Source: an uncultured Planctomycetota bacterium
GTDB taxonomy: Bacteria; Planctomycetota; Planctomycetia; Isosphaerales; Isosphaeraceae
Reading direction: 5' to 3'
Assembly: GCA_963845755.1 (NCBI GenBank)
Contig: CAWJTV010000041.1
Coordinates: forward strand, 224,001 to 288,000
DNA: 64,000 nucleotides
A program made the translations under genes and the position numbers. Of the stretch, positions 46,571 to 61,500 are shown piece by piece; position 1 is the first letter of the stretch, and the number at the start of each line of letters is the position of its first letter. A model generated the notes under the pieces. It saw nothing but the letters and a program-made list of their open reading frames with translations, searched no databases and had not been told where the DNA came from.

Positions 46571-49500
46571 ATGAACGTCCGCTTGCCACGGCAGATTCGC
46601 GCACTTCGTTCGGAATCGTTTTCGCGGCGACGGTCGGGCAAGAGGGACGTCCTCCCCTTCCTCGAATGGTTGGAAGCTCGGCGGCTCCTCTCGACGTATC
46701 TGGTCCAGAACAACGACGATTCGGGGACGGGGTCGCTGCGCGCCGCGATCGAGGCGGTCAATCTCGATCCCGCGTCGAATGGCCAGGACATCATCGAACC
46801 CGGTTCGTCGAGCATCGGCACGATCGCGCTCCTGTCGTCGCTACCGGCCTTGACCCGGGGCGATGTGACGATCGAGGACCTCGACATCGACGGGAGCCAG
46901 GCGGGCTCCAACGCCGACGGGCTGGACGTCGAGGCCAACGGCATCGCGATCGCCGGTCTGGGGATCACCGGATTCAGCGCCACGGGCGTGGTGGTGTTCG
47001 GCGATCAAACCTCGATCACGGGCAGCACGATCACGGGGAACAGCGGGGCGATCGACATCTTCGGAGCCAGCAACAACACGATCGGCGGTGCAGGCGCTGG
47101 CGAGGGGAACGTCATCTCGGGGAGTGCCGGTGACGGTATCTATGCGGTCGGCGCGGGGACGTCCGACAATCTCATCGAGGGCAACCTCATCGGCACGGAT
47201 GCCAGCGGCACAGGCGCGCTGGCCAACGGACTCTGTGGGATCTACTTCGGCGACGCCGGGGCCGGCAACACGATCGGGGGTTTGGCAGCCGGCGCCGGGA
47301 ACGTCATCTCGGGGAATGGGCAGGATGGCATCGAGCTGACCGGTCAAGGGACGACGGGGACCGTCATCGCCGGGAACCGGATCGGCACGAATGCCTCCGG
47401 GACCGGGGCGATCCCCAACTCGTTCGGGGGCCTCTTGATCACCGACAGGGCCACGGCGGTCCTCGGGTCCGGAAATACGATCGCTGGCACGGTGTTGATC
47501 AACGACGGCGCCTCAGTGGACCTGACCGGGTCCTCGAATAGAATCTCGGGCACTGCCTGGCTCAGCCTCGGCGGGGGCTCCAGCGCGGCCCCGGGCGCGC
47601 TCAATGTCACCGGCCCCGCGAACTCGATCACCGGCGGCTTGTACGTCAACCACGGCATGTTGACCATCTCCGGCACCTCGCTCGAGGTCACCGGCCGCGA
47701 CACGCTCTTGAGCGGCAGCATCTCGGCCTCGAGTGGAGGTTCGCTGAATCTGGCCGGGCTGACCGCCCTCAACAATGCTTACGACCTGAGCCTCACCGCC
47801 AACGGCCCCGGGAGCAGCCTGGACATCTCCAACGTGTCGAGCATCAGCGGCACTGGCATCTCGATCACGGAGACCAACGGCGCCGAGCTGTCGCATGGAC
47901 GACAGCTTCACGACCCTCGATGGCGTGTTGTTCACGATCGATAGCACGAGCGACCTGGCCAATCTTCTGATCAACAACCTCACCGCGCTGACCGATGGCG
48001 GCCTCACCGTGCTGGGGGGGAACTATACCTTCCCGAACCTGGCCGACATCGACGGCTCGTCGCTGGACGTGGAGAACGGCGCCAGCCTCTCGTTGCCCGG
48101 AGTGACCAGCGAGACCAACGGCGCGGGTGTGAATTATGGACTGCCGTTCTTTGCCAACGGCGGCGGCAAGCTCAGCCTGGTGAAGCTGGCGACGATCACA
48201 GGCGACGGAGTCAATGTCTCGGCCGATGGGACGGGCAGCACGATCGACCTTTCGGGCCTGACGACGTTTGACGTCAACCCGGCCGGTGGCGCCCTGTTCG
48301 CCTCCAACGGCGGCACGATCGATCTGAATGCGAACCTCACCACCATCAACGGCGCCAACGTCTACATCGACGCGACCAGCACCATCACGCCGCTGACTCA
48401 GCTCACCGCCTTGACCGGCGGCACGCTCACGCTCAACGGCGTCGATGCCTCGAATGCGTTCCCGGACCTGGCGACCATCGACGGGCTGGGCATCCTGGTG
48501 GAGGAAGGCGGCAGCCTGTCGTTGCCGATGGTCACGAGTTATACCAACAACGGGTATCCGTTCAGCGAATCCCTCCAGGTCCAGGATCCCAACAGCGCGC
48601 TCAGCCTGCCGAACCTGGCCACGATCACCGGCAACGGCGTGAGTATCGTCGCCTCGGGGACGGGGAGCCGGATCGACGTGTCGGGCCTCACGAGCTTCGG
48701 CACGTACAACGAAGGTCTGTCAGTCACCGACGGCGCCACGGTCGAGTTGAACCCGGCCTTGACCAGTTTTGACAATCTCGATCTTACGCTGGACGGTACG
48801 GGGACTCTCCCGATCGGTCAGTTCACGTCGTTGACCGGCGGCACCATCACGATCGAGGGAGGCAACTACACTTCGTCGGGGCCATCCTGGTTCTCCAGCT
48901 TGACCGACATCGACGGCACGAGCTTGACCGTCTTCGGCGGGGGCGACCTCGCTCTGGGGGTAACGAGCTACAGCGACTACTGGAGCTCGACGTTCCAGGT
49001 TTTCGGCACGAACAGCGTGCTCGACCTCTCCGCCTTGACGATGATCGATGGCGACAACGGCGTCATGAGCCTGTTAGCTTCGGGCAACGGGAGCGAGATC
49101 GACGTTTCCGCCCTGACCTCACTCAATACGCCCCAGGGCGGGACCCTGAGCGTCACCCAATCCGGTACCATCCTCGACGGCTCGCTGACGGCCCTGCACA
49201 ACATGGCCGTCAACGCTCGATGGGACCGGGAAGTTGGCGACCCGACAATGGACCACCCTGACCGACGGCGAGCTGTCGATCTCCGGCGGCCGATACACAT
49301 CGCCCACGACGGGGACATCGTCGGGGTCAATTGCCAACCTCAGCAACATCAACGGGACGGGCCTCTACGTCTCGAACGGCAGCCTGACCCTCCCCGCCGT
49401 GACTTCCTACAACTCCGATGGGCGGCACATCGGCTTTGTAGCCTCCGGCTCGGGTGCGGTGCTCAGCCTGCCTCATCTGACGAGTGCCACTGCAGCCTAT

Positions 49501-52500
49501 TATTCGGGATCGGGATCAGGTCCGGGTTCGGGCCCGCCAGTCGGCGCGGCCGCAACCAGGAGCGGAAGCTCGGGCTATGGCGCCGCCTTGAACTTCAAGG
49601 CCAAGGGCGGCGGGCAAGTCCTGGCGCCGGCCCTGACGTCGATCACCGACGGGGATTATGCGTCCGATCGGCGCCCAGGCCATCGGTCCCAACAGTCTGG
49701 TCAACCTGTCGGCGGTGACGTCGTTCGAGACGTACAGCGGGACCATCGAGGCCCTCCAGGGCGGCAGGGTCGACCTGAGCAGTGTGACCAGTCTCCAGAG
49801 CGTGTCGATCACAGGGGACGGTGCCAGCACCCTCCTGATCGGCCGACTCGCCGCGTTGAATTACGCCAACCTGACGATCACGGGGGGGACGTTCGACGAC
49901 CCGACCCTGACCAACATCGACAACACGAGCCTCTACGTCTCCGGCGGCGCGATCCTGACCCTCCCCGGCATCTCAAGTTATGTCAACAATACATATTATT
50001 ATAGAAATACGTTTGGGGCGACGGACACCACCGCGGGCGGCGTCATCAGTTTGCCCAACCTGGCGTCGATCGGCGGATCCTATGGCGTAAAGATCGAGGC
50101 CGCGGGAACAGGCAGCCAGATCGACCTACCCAAGCTCACCTCATTCACCTCAACCTATTTCGGTGCGGCGCTGAGCGCAACTCAGGGCGCGACGGTCGAG
50201 GACGGCGGCCTGACCAGCTTGACGGGCGTGGCCGTGACGCTCGACGGCACGGGCAAGCTGGCCGTCAGCAGGTGGACGTCGCTGACCAACGGCACCCTGA
50301 CGATCACCGGGGGCGACTATGCCCCCACCGCAGGCGCGGTCACCGCCGACAACTCCTTCGCCAACCTCGCGGACATCGACGGCTCGGGGCTGTACGTCTC
50401 CGGCGGCGGCAGCCTGAGCCTGCCCGCCGTGACTTCGTATACCGACAATGACAACGACAAAGCCTTCCAAGTCATCGACACCACTTCCGGCGGCGTCCTC
50501 AGTCTGCCCAAACTGGCGACGATCGGCGGAGCTTATGCGGCACAGATCCAGGCCGCGGGCGCGGCCAGCCAGATCGATCTACCCAAGCTCACTTCGTTCA
50601 GCGCGACCTATCTGGGCGAAGCCGTGCTGAGTGTGACGCAGGGCGCGACGGTTGAGGACGGCGTCCTGACCAGCTTGACGGGCGTGGCCGTGACTTTGGA
50701 CGGCACGGGCAAGCTGGCCGTCAACCAGTGGACCGCGCTGACCAACGGCAGCTTGAACGTCACGGAGGGCGACTACGCCCCCACCGCGGGCGCGGCCACC
50801 GCCGACAATTCCTTCGCCAACCTCGCGGACATCGACGGCTCGGGGCTGTATGTGTCCGGCGGCGGCAGCCTGAGCCTGCCCGCCGTGACGTCGTATACCG
50901 ACAATAACAACGAGAAGGCTTTCCAGGTCACCAACACCACGGCGGGCGGCATTCTCAGTCTGCCCAACCTGACGACGATCACCGGAAATTATGGGGCTCA
51001 GATTGTAGCCGCCGGCGCGGCCAGCGAGATCGACCTGCCCAGGCTCACCTCGTTCAGCGCGATCTATTCAGGCACCGCCTTGCTGAGCGTGACCCAGAGC
51101 GCGACGGTCGTGGCCGGCGACCTCGCGACTCTCAACGCCGTGGCCGTGACGCTCGACGGGACGGGCACTCTGGCGGTCGGCCAGTGGACCACCTTGACCG
51201 ACAGCAGCTTGACGATCACCGGGGGCGACTACGCCGACAATACCTTCACCAACCTCGCGGACATCGATGGCTCGAGCATCTACGTGTACGGCGGGGGCAG
51301 CCTGGTCCTCCCCGCCGTCATCACGGATACGAACAACAACGGTTATGAATCCCTGCAGGCGTACCAGCCCAACGCGTACTACGGGCAGACGCCCACGGTT
51401 GGCGTGATCAGCCTGCCCGACCTGACGACGATCGGCGGGAATTATGGGCTTGAAATCCAAGCCGCGGGCAGCTCCAGCGAGATCGATCTGCCCCAGCTTA
51501 CCTCGTTCAGCGCAACCTATTCAGACGCGGCCTCGTTGAAGGTCACTCAGGGCGCGACGGTCGAGGACGGCGCCCTGACGACCCTCAACAACGTGGCCGT
51601 GACGCTGGACGGCACGGGCACGCTGGCTGTCAATCAGTGGACCGCGCTGACCAACGGCAGCTTGACGGTCACCGCGGGCGACTACGCCCCCACCGCGGGC
51701 GCGGCCACCGCCGACAATTCCTTCGCCAACCTCGCGGACATCGACGGCTCGGGCATCTACGTATACGGTGGGGGCAGCCTGACTCTCCCCGTTGTCACCA
51801 CCTACACCAACAACAACTACAGTTACGAATTCCTGCAAGCCGACCAGTTCACCTTCTACGACTATACCAACGGAACGTATTACGGCTCCGGGTCGGTGGG
51901 CGTGCTCAGCTTGCCCGCCCTGACGACGATCTCCGGGCAATACGTCTTCGTCCTGGCGGGAGGGACGGGGAGTGAGATCGACCTGCCGGTGCTGACCTCG
52001 ATTAACCTGATTGGCTCTGGCGGACTGAGCGTCACCAATGGCGCGACGGTCCATGACGGCAGCCTGACGACCCTCAACGGCGTGACGGTGTCGATCGATG
52101 GGAGCGCCACGCTGGACACCAGCCCGTGGGCCACGTTCACCAACAGCCACATGGACGTCACCGGGGGTTCGTACACGTTCAATCTCCTGACCCATCTGGA
52201 CGGTTCGAGCATCGACCTCGGCGGTGGAGCCACGGTCACGCTGACGGCCTTGACGAGCTATTCGAATCCGAACGGCTATGATACGACCTCTCTGCAGGCC
52301 AGCGGCGGGGGAACTGTGCTCAGTCTGCCGGAGCTGACCAGCCTGGGGACCGACAACAGCATCCTCGACATCCAGGCCCTCCAGGGCGGCCAGGTCCTGC
52401 TCCCGCTGCTGGGGGCGATCACCGATGCCAGCCCCTACGTCGAGATCGAGTCCGACGGCACCAGCGGCACGGGCGGCTCGGGAAGCCTGATCGACCTGTC

Positions 52501-55500
52501 ATCGCTCGCCAGCTTCGCGGGCAATGGCTATTACGCCAGCCTCCAGATCACCGACGGCGCCTCGGTGATCGATCCGAACCTGACCAGTTTCACCGACGTC
52601 AACCTGACCCTCGACCCGACCGTCACGTTCCCACTGACGCCGAGCGAGAATTTCACGGTGACCACCGGCGCGTCGATCTCGGTGACGACCGGCACCCTGG
52701 TCGAGCAAGGCAGCCTGACCATCCCGGACCGGGCAGCGGTCACGCTCAACGGCTCGCTGGAAGTCGACGGCTCCGGAGTGCTGGTGCTCACGCCGGCGGC
52801 CGCGCTGAACATCAGCGGCAACCTGACCGGCAGCACAACCAACGCCGACCGCTTCACGCCGCTCGGGACCGTGCTCTTCGACAACACGTCCGCAGCCCAG
52901 CAACTGGAAGCCATGTCGGCCGACCTGGGGTCCGAGCAGGCGGGGTTCGTCAACAATTTCGCTTACGGGACGATCAGCCTGGCGTCCGGCACCTACTTGC
53001 AGTTGGTGGACAATGCCCACAATTCCAGCGGGACCGGGGCCGAGGCCGTCTACGCCAACGGGTTGATCGTCCCCTCGGGCGCCACGCTCGACCTCAACGG
53101 CCTGCACATGTACGTCCGCGGGGCGGTGATCTCCGGTACCGTCCTCAACGGCACGGTCACGCTGATACCCGGCGGCGGTGCGCTCCAGGTCGGCACGCCC
53201 GTGGCCAGCGACCTGGTCGCCGCCGGTGCGATCGACAACTGGACCTTCTTCGGCCGGTCGGGTGAGACGGTGACCATCGCGGTCAATCCCGGCGGCTCCG
53301 GCGCCAACCCCGCCTTGAACCCCCAGATCGGGGCGGTATCGGTCGAGCTCCTGGACCAGTTCAATACCGTGCTGGCCCAGGGGAGCAGCAGCAACGGCTC
53401 GATCGTGACCTTGAGCGGCGTCACGTTCCAGGTTGACGGCATCTATACGCTCCGAGTCTCGGCGCCGAGCGGGTCGACGGCCACGGGCAACTACACGGTG
53501 GCGGCCTACGACGTCACGCCACACGTCCAACCACTGAGTCTGGGCCAGACCGAGGTCGGCACGCTCAACAGCGCGTTCGGCATCGATCAGTGGACGTTCT
53601 CGGCGGTGGCCGGAGAGCAGATCAAGTTCAACCTGGTCAATTCCACCTATGGCAGCGAAGTCTTCGACCTGACCGGCCCCGGCGGCTACACCGCGTTCTC
53701 CGGCCTCCAGGCCAGCTCCGGGCTGATCACCCTCCCTTCGACCGGGAATTACACGCTGGCGGTCGAGGGCACCGGCGGCACCGGCGGCAGTTATGCCTTC
53801 GAGGTCGATGAGCTGACGGTGACCGCCCTGACCCTGGGGACGATCTACCAGGGGACCATGGGCGGCTCCGGCCAGTCCGACCTGTACTCGGTGGTCGTCC
53901 CTTCGTCGCAGACGCTGTTCGTCAACCTGCAGGACAGCGCGACGGGGGCCGTGAACCAGCTCTACGCCAAGCTCGGCACACCGCCGACTCCGTCCGATTA
54001 CGAATACAGCTCGATCGCGCCGGGCGATGCCGATCAGCAGGTCCTGGTCCCATCGGCCGCACCGGGCACCTGGTACTTCCTCGTCTACGGCGCGTCGGCG
54101 CCGACCTCCAGCCCGTACACCATCGTCGCCACCGGCGCCGGTGCAACTCGCCAACGTCTCCCCCGGCTACTCGGCGTTCGGCGCCCCCGCGACGCTGACC
54201 CTCAGCGGCGCCGGGTTCGACCAGGCCACGTCGGTGACCCTGGTCCCGGCGGTCGGTCCGCCGACCGCATACACGGCCACCGGCGTCTCGATCGACACGC
54301 TCACACAGCTCACCGCCACGTTCAACCTGAGCAAGGTGCCCGAAGGGCTATATTCGGTGATCGTTACCCGCGCCGACGGCACGTCAGCCGAATTGACGGC
54401 CGCCTTCAGCGTGACCAGCCCCGGCGCGGCCCATCTCGTGACCAACCTGATCCTCCCGAGCGTGATGGGGCGCCACGAGTCCTCGATCATCGACATCCAG
54501 TACTCCAACATTGGCAGCCAGGCGATGCCGGCGCCGCTCCTGGTGCTCTCGGCGCCGCCGGAGACCATCGACGGCCAGACGATCGTCAACCTCCCCCTAT
54601 TCACGCTCAACCCGGCGCTCCAGGTCTCCGGCTTCTGGACCTCGGCGCTGCCGGCCGGCTACTCCAACACCGTGGAGATCCTCGGCAGCGGCAAGGTCCC
54701 CGGCGTGCTCGAGCCGGGCGAATCGATCACCGTGCCGGTCTACTATGCCGGCATGCAGCAGCCCTGGAGTTTTGCCGAGTCGAACTTCGACTTCAGCCTG
54801 CAAACCTATCCCCAGAGCGACAGCACGACGGTCAATTGGAGCAGCCTGCAATCCAGCCTCCAACCGCCGGACATGTCGAGTGCCACCTGGAATGTCGTCT
54901 TCTCCAGCCTCACGTCGCAGATCGGCACCACCTGGGGCAGCTTCGTCAAGGCCATGGACGATAACGCCACCTATCTGGGCCGGCTGGGCGAGGACGTCAC
55001 CGACGTGACGTCCCTCTGGCAGTTCGAGATCGAGCAGGCCGAGGGGCTCTCTCCGGTCGGGACCCTCGCCAGCCAGGCCGACATCTCGGTCCCGTCGGCC
55101 GGCGACCTGCTGGATTTCACCCGCCAGTTCGCCAACTCGCTCTTGACGCGCAATACGCTCGGCCCGTTCGGCTACGGTTGGACCGACAATTGGCAGTATT
55201 CGCTCGCGGTGGGCTCCGACGGCACGGTCACCGTCACCATGCCTTCCGGGCAAGAGCGCGTCTTCCAGCCCGACAGCCGATCGGCGGCCTACTTCTCCCA
55301 GCCGGGAGACCACGGGACCCTGATCCGGGAGGTCAATGGCTCCTTCCTGCTGGAGGAGGCCGACGGCACGACCGAGGCGTTCAACGGCAACAGTACGCTC
55401 GACTACATCCAGGACCAGAACGGCAACCGCGTCACGGCGGGCTACAGCGATGGACAGCTCGTCAGCCTCTCGTCGACGTCGGGCGAATCGCTGGCGATCG

Positions 55501-58500
55501 GCTACAACGCGGGCGGCACCATCCAGTCGGTCACCAGCTCCGATGGCCGCGCGGTCGATTACACGTACGACTCAACCGGCCAGTACTTGACCTCCGCCCA
55601 GTTGGTCGGCGGCCCGGTTACCCGCTACACCTACTCGACGGGCTCCGGGCCGTTGATCCTCCATGCCTTGACAGGCGTGATCAATCCGGACGGCAGCCAC
55701 GAGATCTTCGGCTACAACGCAGCCGGGCAGTTGGCCGTCCTGGCCGAGAACGGCAACGCGGATCGGCTGACCTTCAGCTATCAGCAGGGCGAGATCTCGG
55801 TGACAAACGCCGCGAGCGACGTCAGCAGTTACTACTACGATGACGAAGGAAACCTGTTGAAGTATGTCAACGCGATCGGCAACATCACGTTCGCCGCTTA
55901 CGACTCGACCGGCGATCTGACCAGCATCACCGGCGCCACCGGCTTGAAGGAATCCTTCACCTACGATTCCAACGGCAACTTGACCTCCGAGACCAACCCG
56001 CTCGGCCAGACCACGTCCTTCACCTACTCCGGCGTCGACAACCTGCTGGCCAGGATGACCGACCCCCAGGGCGCCGTGACCAACTTCCAGTACAACGCAA
56101 AGGGAGACGTCACCTCGGTCCAGTATCCCGACCAGTCGGTCATGGGTGTGACCTACAACGCGACCGGCGATCCCCTCTCGCTGACCGATCCGGGCGGCCA
56201 GCCGACGAATTACACCTACAACGCCGCGGGTCAGGTCGCGAGCGTGAGGCTCGACGACGGGACGCAGATGACCTACGGCTATAACGCGGCGGGCGAACTG
56301 ACCTCGGCCACCGATCCTTCCGGCGAGACGACGCTGACCTACAACGCGAGCGGCGCGCTCACCGGCGTCGCCTATCCCAGCGGCGAATCCCTCCAGTACA
56401 ACTACAATGGAGACGGCCAGCGGACCCAGATGGTCGAGATGTCCGGTTCGACCGCAATCGCCACTGTCAATTACAACTACACCAGCCTGGGACAGCTCGC
56501 CGGGTTGACCGACGGCCAGGGCAATCCGATCGTCACCTACACGTACAACAATTTGGGCGAACTGATCAAGGCGGCCAACGGCGATGGGACTAATACCAGC
56601 TATACCTACAACGCCGACGGCAACGTCCTGACCCTCATCAACTACGCCGCGGGCGGCCAGACGGTCGATAGCAGCTTCACTTACACCTACAACGCCCTGG
56701 GCCAGGTCACCGGCCTGGCCACGATCGATGGGAACTGGACTTACACCTATGACAGCGCCGGCCAGTTGACCGGCGCCGTGTTCACGTCGACCAACAGCTC
56801 CATTCCCAACCAGGATATCAGCTACACTTACAACGCCGCCGGCGATCGCACCCAGACGATCCTTAATGGCGTAACGTCCACCTACTCCAGCAACAGCGAC
56901 AACGAGTACACCTCGGTCACCTCGCCCGACGGCACCACGACCGACACCTACAACGCCAACGGCGACCTGGTCGCCGCGTCGAGCCCGTCGGGCACCACGA
57001 CCTACGCGTATAACTCGATCAATCAGCTCATCGGTGTGACCACCCCCACCGACACGTGGTCGTATCAATACGACGCGCTGGGGAACGTGATCGCGACGAC
57101 TCACAATGGACAGACGACCCAGGACCTGGTCGATCCGACCGGCTCCGGCAACCTCGTGGCGCAGTTCAACAGCTCGGGAGCCCTGCTGGACGGATACACG
57201 TATGGCCTGGGGCTGGTGAGCCAGACCACGCCCACGGCGACGAACTACTACGAGTTCGACGCGATGGGCTCGACGGCCGGCCTGACGACCGCCAGGACGA
57301 CGGCGGGGACGAGTACCCAGATCGCCGGCTACAGCTATCTCCCGTTCGGTGGGCTCCTCTCCAGCACAGGCACCGCCGCCAATCCTTTCACCTATGTCGG
57401 CCAGTACGGGGTTTCGGCCGATGGCAGCGGCTTGTACACCATGGGAGCGCGGACTTACGACCCGACCACGGGCCAGTTCCTCACCAACGACCCCACCGGC
57501 CTGGGCGGCGGTGATACCAACTTGCGCATTTATGCGGGCAACAACCCGATCGACCTGATCGACCCCTCGGGGGACGCGAGCCAGCGGCCTTCATTCCAGA
57601 TTCCCCCGGCGCCCGGCCCGGGCTACGGCTTGCAGTTGCCCGCGGACTATCAACAGTACACGACTACCCCGGCCCAGATCCAGCAGCTCACTCAGCAGTA
57701 TCAGGCGGCGTTGAAGGCATACCAGTTGCAGTTGGAGCAATACAATCAGCTTCCGGCTGCCCAGAAGGCCGGGACCGTGCCCCCGCCACCTCCGGCGTAC
57801 AACTTCCCGGTTCCCCTTCCCTCGGCCACGAGTACGGGAGGCGGGAGCGCCGCCGCCCCCCAGCAGCCCCGGGGCGCCATCCGGCGGCAGCGCAGGGTCG
57901 AGCGGCGGCACGGGGACTGGAGGGACCTCGGCCAGCAACGGTTCGACCGGCAGCAACGGCCCGACCAACCCCAGCAACTCCGGCGTCACCGGCATCATCC
58001 AGAGCGGCAACACGCAGACCGGCGGTAGTGGCGGCGAGGGCAGTTCCGCCGGCTCTGCGGGTTCCGACGGGAATCCCGGCGACGGCGGCGACGACGGCAC
58101 TGACGGCAACGATGGCACCGACGGCAACGACGGCTCCGCCGGCTCCGACGGGGCCGACCAGCAAGGGGACCAGAGCAACTGTTGCCCACCCCCTCCGCCG
58201 GGCCAGACGAAATCGCCGACCTCGACCGACCCCAATGCCGCGATCGGGCCCGCCGGCTATGGCTCGGCCAGTTACGTCGCCGACACGGGTCAAACCGTTC
58301 TGCCCTACCGGATCGACTTCGAGAACTCACCCACGGCCACAGCGCCGGCCCAGCAGGTCACGATCACCGACCAGCTCGACCCCAACCTCAACGCCAATTC
58401 GTTCCAGTTGACGGGCATCGGCTGGGGCGATTTCAACCTGTCGATCCCGGCCGGCAGCCAGACCTACCAGGCCACCGTGCCGATGACCTACAATGGCGAG

Positions 58501-61500
58501 ACCTTCGACGTCGTCGTCTCGGCCGGCATCAACTTCGCCACCGACCAGATCTACGCCAAATTCTACTCGATCGACCCCAACACCCAGCTCCCGCCCGACG
58601 TGCTCACCGGCTTCCTGCCCCCCGAGGACGGCACCGGCCGCGGCGAGGGATACATCAGCTACTCGGTCACGCCGGATACCGGGCTCGCGACCGGCACCGT
58701 GATCCGCAACGTGGCCGTCATCTCGTTCGACGATCAGACGACCATCAGCACCGACCAGGTCAACGACGAGGATCCCAGCCAGGGCGTCGATCCGTCCTTG
58801 CAGGACCCGATCACGATCGACTCGGTCGCGCCGACCAGCAGCGTCGTGCCGCTACCGGCAACCACATCCAGCACGCAGTTCACCGTGAACTGGTCGGGCC
58901 AGGACGACACGGGCGGCTCGGGCATTGCGTATTACACGATCTACGTCTCGACCAACGGCGGTCCGTACAATGTGTGGCTCGGCCACACCACGTTTATCTC
59001 GGCCACGTTCACGGCCCAGAACGGGAACACGTATTCCTTCATCAGTCAGGCGACCGACAATGTGGGGAACGTCGAGGCGTTCCACACCAAGGCCGACACG
59101 ACCATCTCGGTCACTTCGCCCTTGTCGCTCACCTCGCTCGCGTCGGTATCACCCAACCCGCGCAACACGGCGGTTTCCGCCATCGACGTCACCTTCAGCG
59201 AGCCGATCAATACCAGCAGCCTGACCGCCGGCGCACTGACTCTCACCGACAATGGCGGCTCCAACCTGATCGATAGTGGTGTCTCACTGGCCCTCGTCTC
59301 GGGCACGACCTCGACCTACGCGATCGGCGGCCTGAGCGGCCTGACCACGGCCCAGGGCCTGTACACCCTGACGGTCAATGCCGCCGATATCCAGGACAAC
59401 CACGGCAATTTCGGCAGCGGCACGCTGTCCACCACCTGGCTGATGGACACCGCGCCCCCGACCAGCACGGTCAGCCCGCTGCCGCAGATCGGGACCAGCC
59501 TCAATTTCAACGTCACGGTCACCGGCACGGTCCCCACCCAGCCGGTCGGCAGCCCGACGGTCAACATCGCCTCGTTCAACATCTACGTCTCCACCAACGG
59601 TGGCGCCTGGACCTACTGGACGACCGTCTCGCCCTCCAGCGGGACGCCGAACACCGCCTCGGCCGTCTATCCCGGTCAGAGCAATACGGCTTATGCGTTC
59701 TACAGCACCGCCACCGACAATGCTGGCAATACCCAGACCTACGCCCCGAAGGTCGAGGCCAGCACGGTGCTGCCGAACCTCAACACGCCGGTCACCGCCG
59801 TCGCGACCTCGAGCAGCGCCAACAGCAACGGCTTCTTCACCCTCAACCTGACCGGGACCGACGCGGGCGGCAGCGGCCTGACCTACTTCGATGTCTGGGT
59901 CGAGATCGATGGCGGGACGGCGGCGCCGATCAGCGCGCCGATCCCGGCCGGCCCGGCCAGCAGCTCCGGGAGCTATTCGGCCACCACGACCTACGTGATC
60001 CCCGCCGGCGATTTCGGTACGTCCCATACCTATGCGTTCTACAGCACGGGGATCGACGCGGCCGGCCTCCAGGAGGCGCCTCATTCCACACCCGACGTGA
60101 CGTTCAACAATCTGACCTTCGTCCAGCCGTCGCAGCTCCAGGTCGCGGGGCTGACGGTGGAGAACGGGGCCGTGGAGCGGTCGTTCATCCGGTATCTCGC
60201 CGTCAACTTCAACGAGCCGAGCAGTACGCTCAACACGATCGTCAACAACGCGTCAACGGACATCACGCTGACCCAGAACAACCTCAATAACAATGGCACG
60301 CCGGTCTCGGTCCCGCTGTCGTCGAGCATGATGACGATCAGCAGCAGCGTCATCCAGATCGACTTCGGCACCAGCGGCCTCGGTGGTAGCTCGAACACGA
60401 CGAAGGCCGACGGCTATTACACCTTGACAGTCACGGTGCCGGGACAGTCCTCCACGGTCCTGCATTTCTACCGATTGCTGGGCGACGTCAACGGTGATGG
60501 TTCGGTGTCCCAGGCCGATCTCAACGAGATCGCCGCGGCGCGCAACGAGTCGTCAACGACGATCGCATCCACGATCCTCCAGACCTCCACGGCGATCGCG
60601 ACGCAGATCAGCACGCTGTCACCCCATTTGCTACCGCTGAACAACGACGTCAACGGCGACGGCTCGGTCGCCACACTCGACCTGGGATTGGCGACGGCGT
60701 CGAAGGGGCGGGCGCTGAATCCTTCGCTGCTGGGCACGCTTTCGGCGGCCGTTACGACCACCGCGATGATCGCGGGGCTCCCCGGCTCCTCCTTGATGGC
60801 GACTCCTGCCGGCGGCTTCAACCTGGTCGCGGCCATCATGAATGCCGAGGAGGACGGCAATACCAGCGACACGATCAACGTACCCACTGGCGACTACCCG
60901 GTGCCGGACCTGGTGATCGAGAGCCTGAACAGCTCCGTGCCCCACAAGACGCTGACGATCATCGGCCAGGGCACGAGCCCGGGGCAGACCGTCGCCGACG
61001 GCGGGGGCGCCACGCGGGTCTTCGAGATCACCTCGAGCGTCACGGTCATCTTCAAGGACATGGCGATCGAGCACGGTCGGGCCACCGATGGCGGGAGGCT
61101 CGGCGGGACCGCCGCGCTGGGGGGCGGCGTGCTGATCGATGGCGGCCAGGTGACGATGAGCAACGTGTCGGTCGCCAATAACAGCGCCGTGGGCGCCGAT
61201 GGCGCCGCGGGCAAGGCTGCGACCGCCGTGGGGCAGAAGGGCGGCAACGGTGGCAACGGGGCCAATGCCGCCGGTGGCGGCATCTACCTGTCTGCCGGCA
61301 CGCTGAACATCACGAATACCACGATCGCCAACAATAAAGCCGTGGGCGGCCACGGTGGCAAGGGCGGGACCGGCGGCGGAGCTGGTGGTCCCGGTGCCAT
61401 TGGCAGTGCGGGGGGCAGTGGCGCCGACGGCGGCAACGGGTCCGATGGGTCCAGCGGCGCGCCCGGCGGGGCGGGCATCGCCGGGAGCTCCGGCAGCGCC

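Noticed and set aside
50150..51800. Diversity-generating retroelement template/variable repeats
   Set aside because: The differences are not adenine-specific and no reverse transcriptase is present; these are ordinary intragenic duplications.
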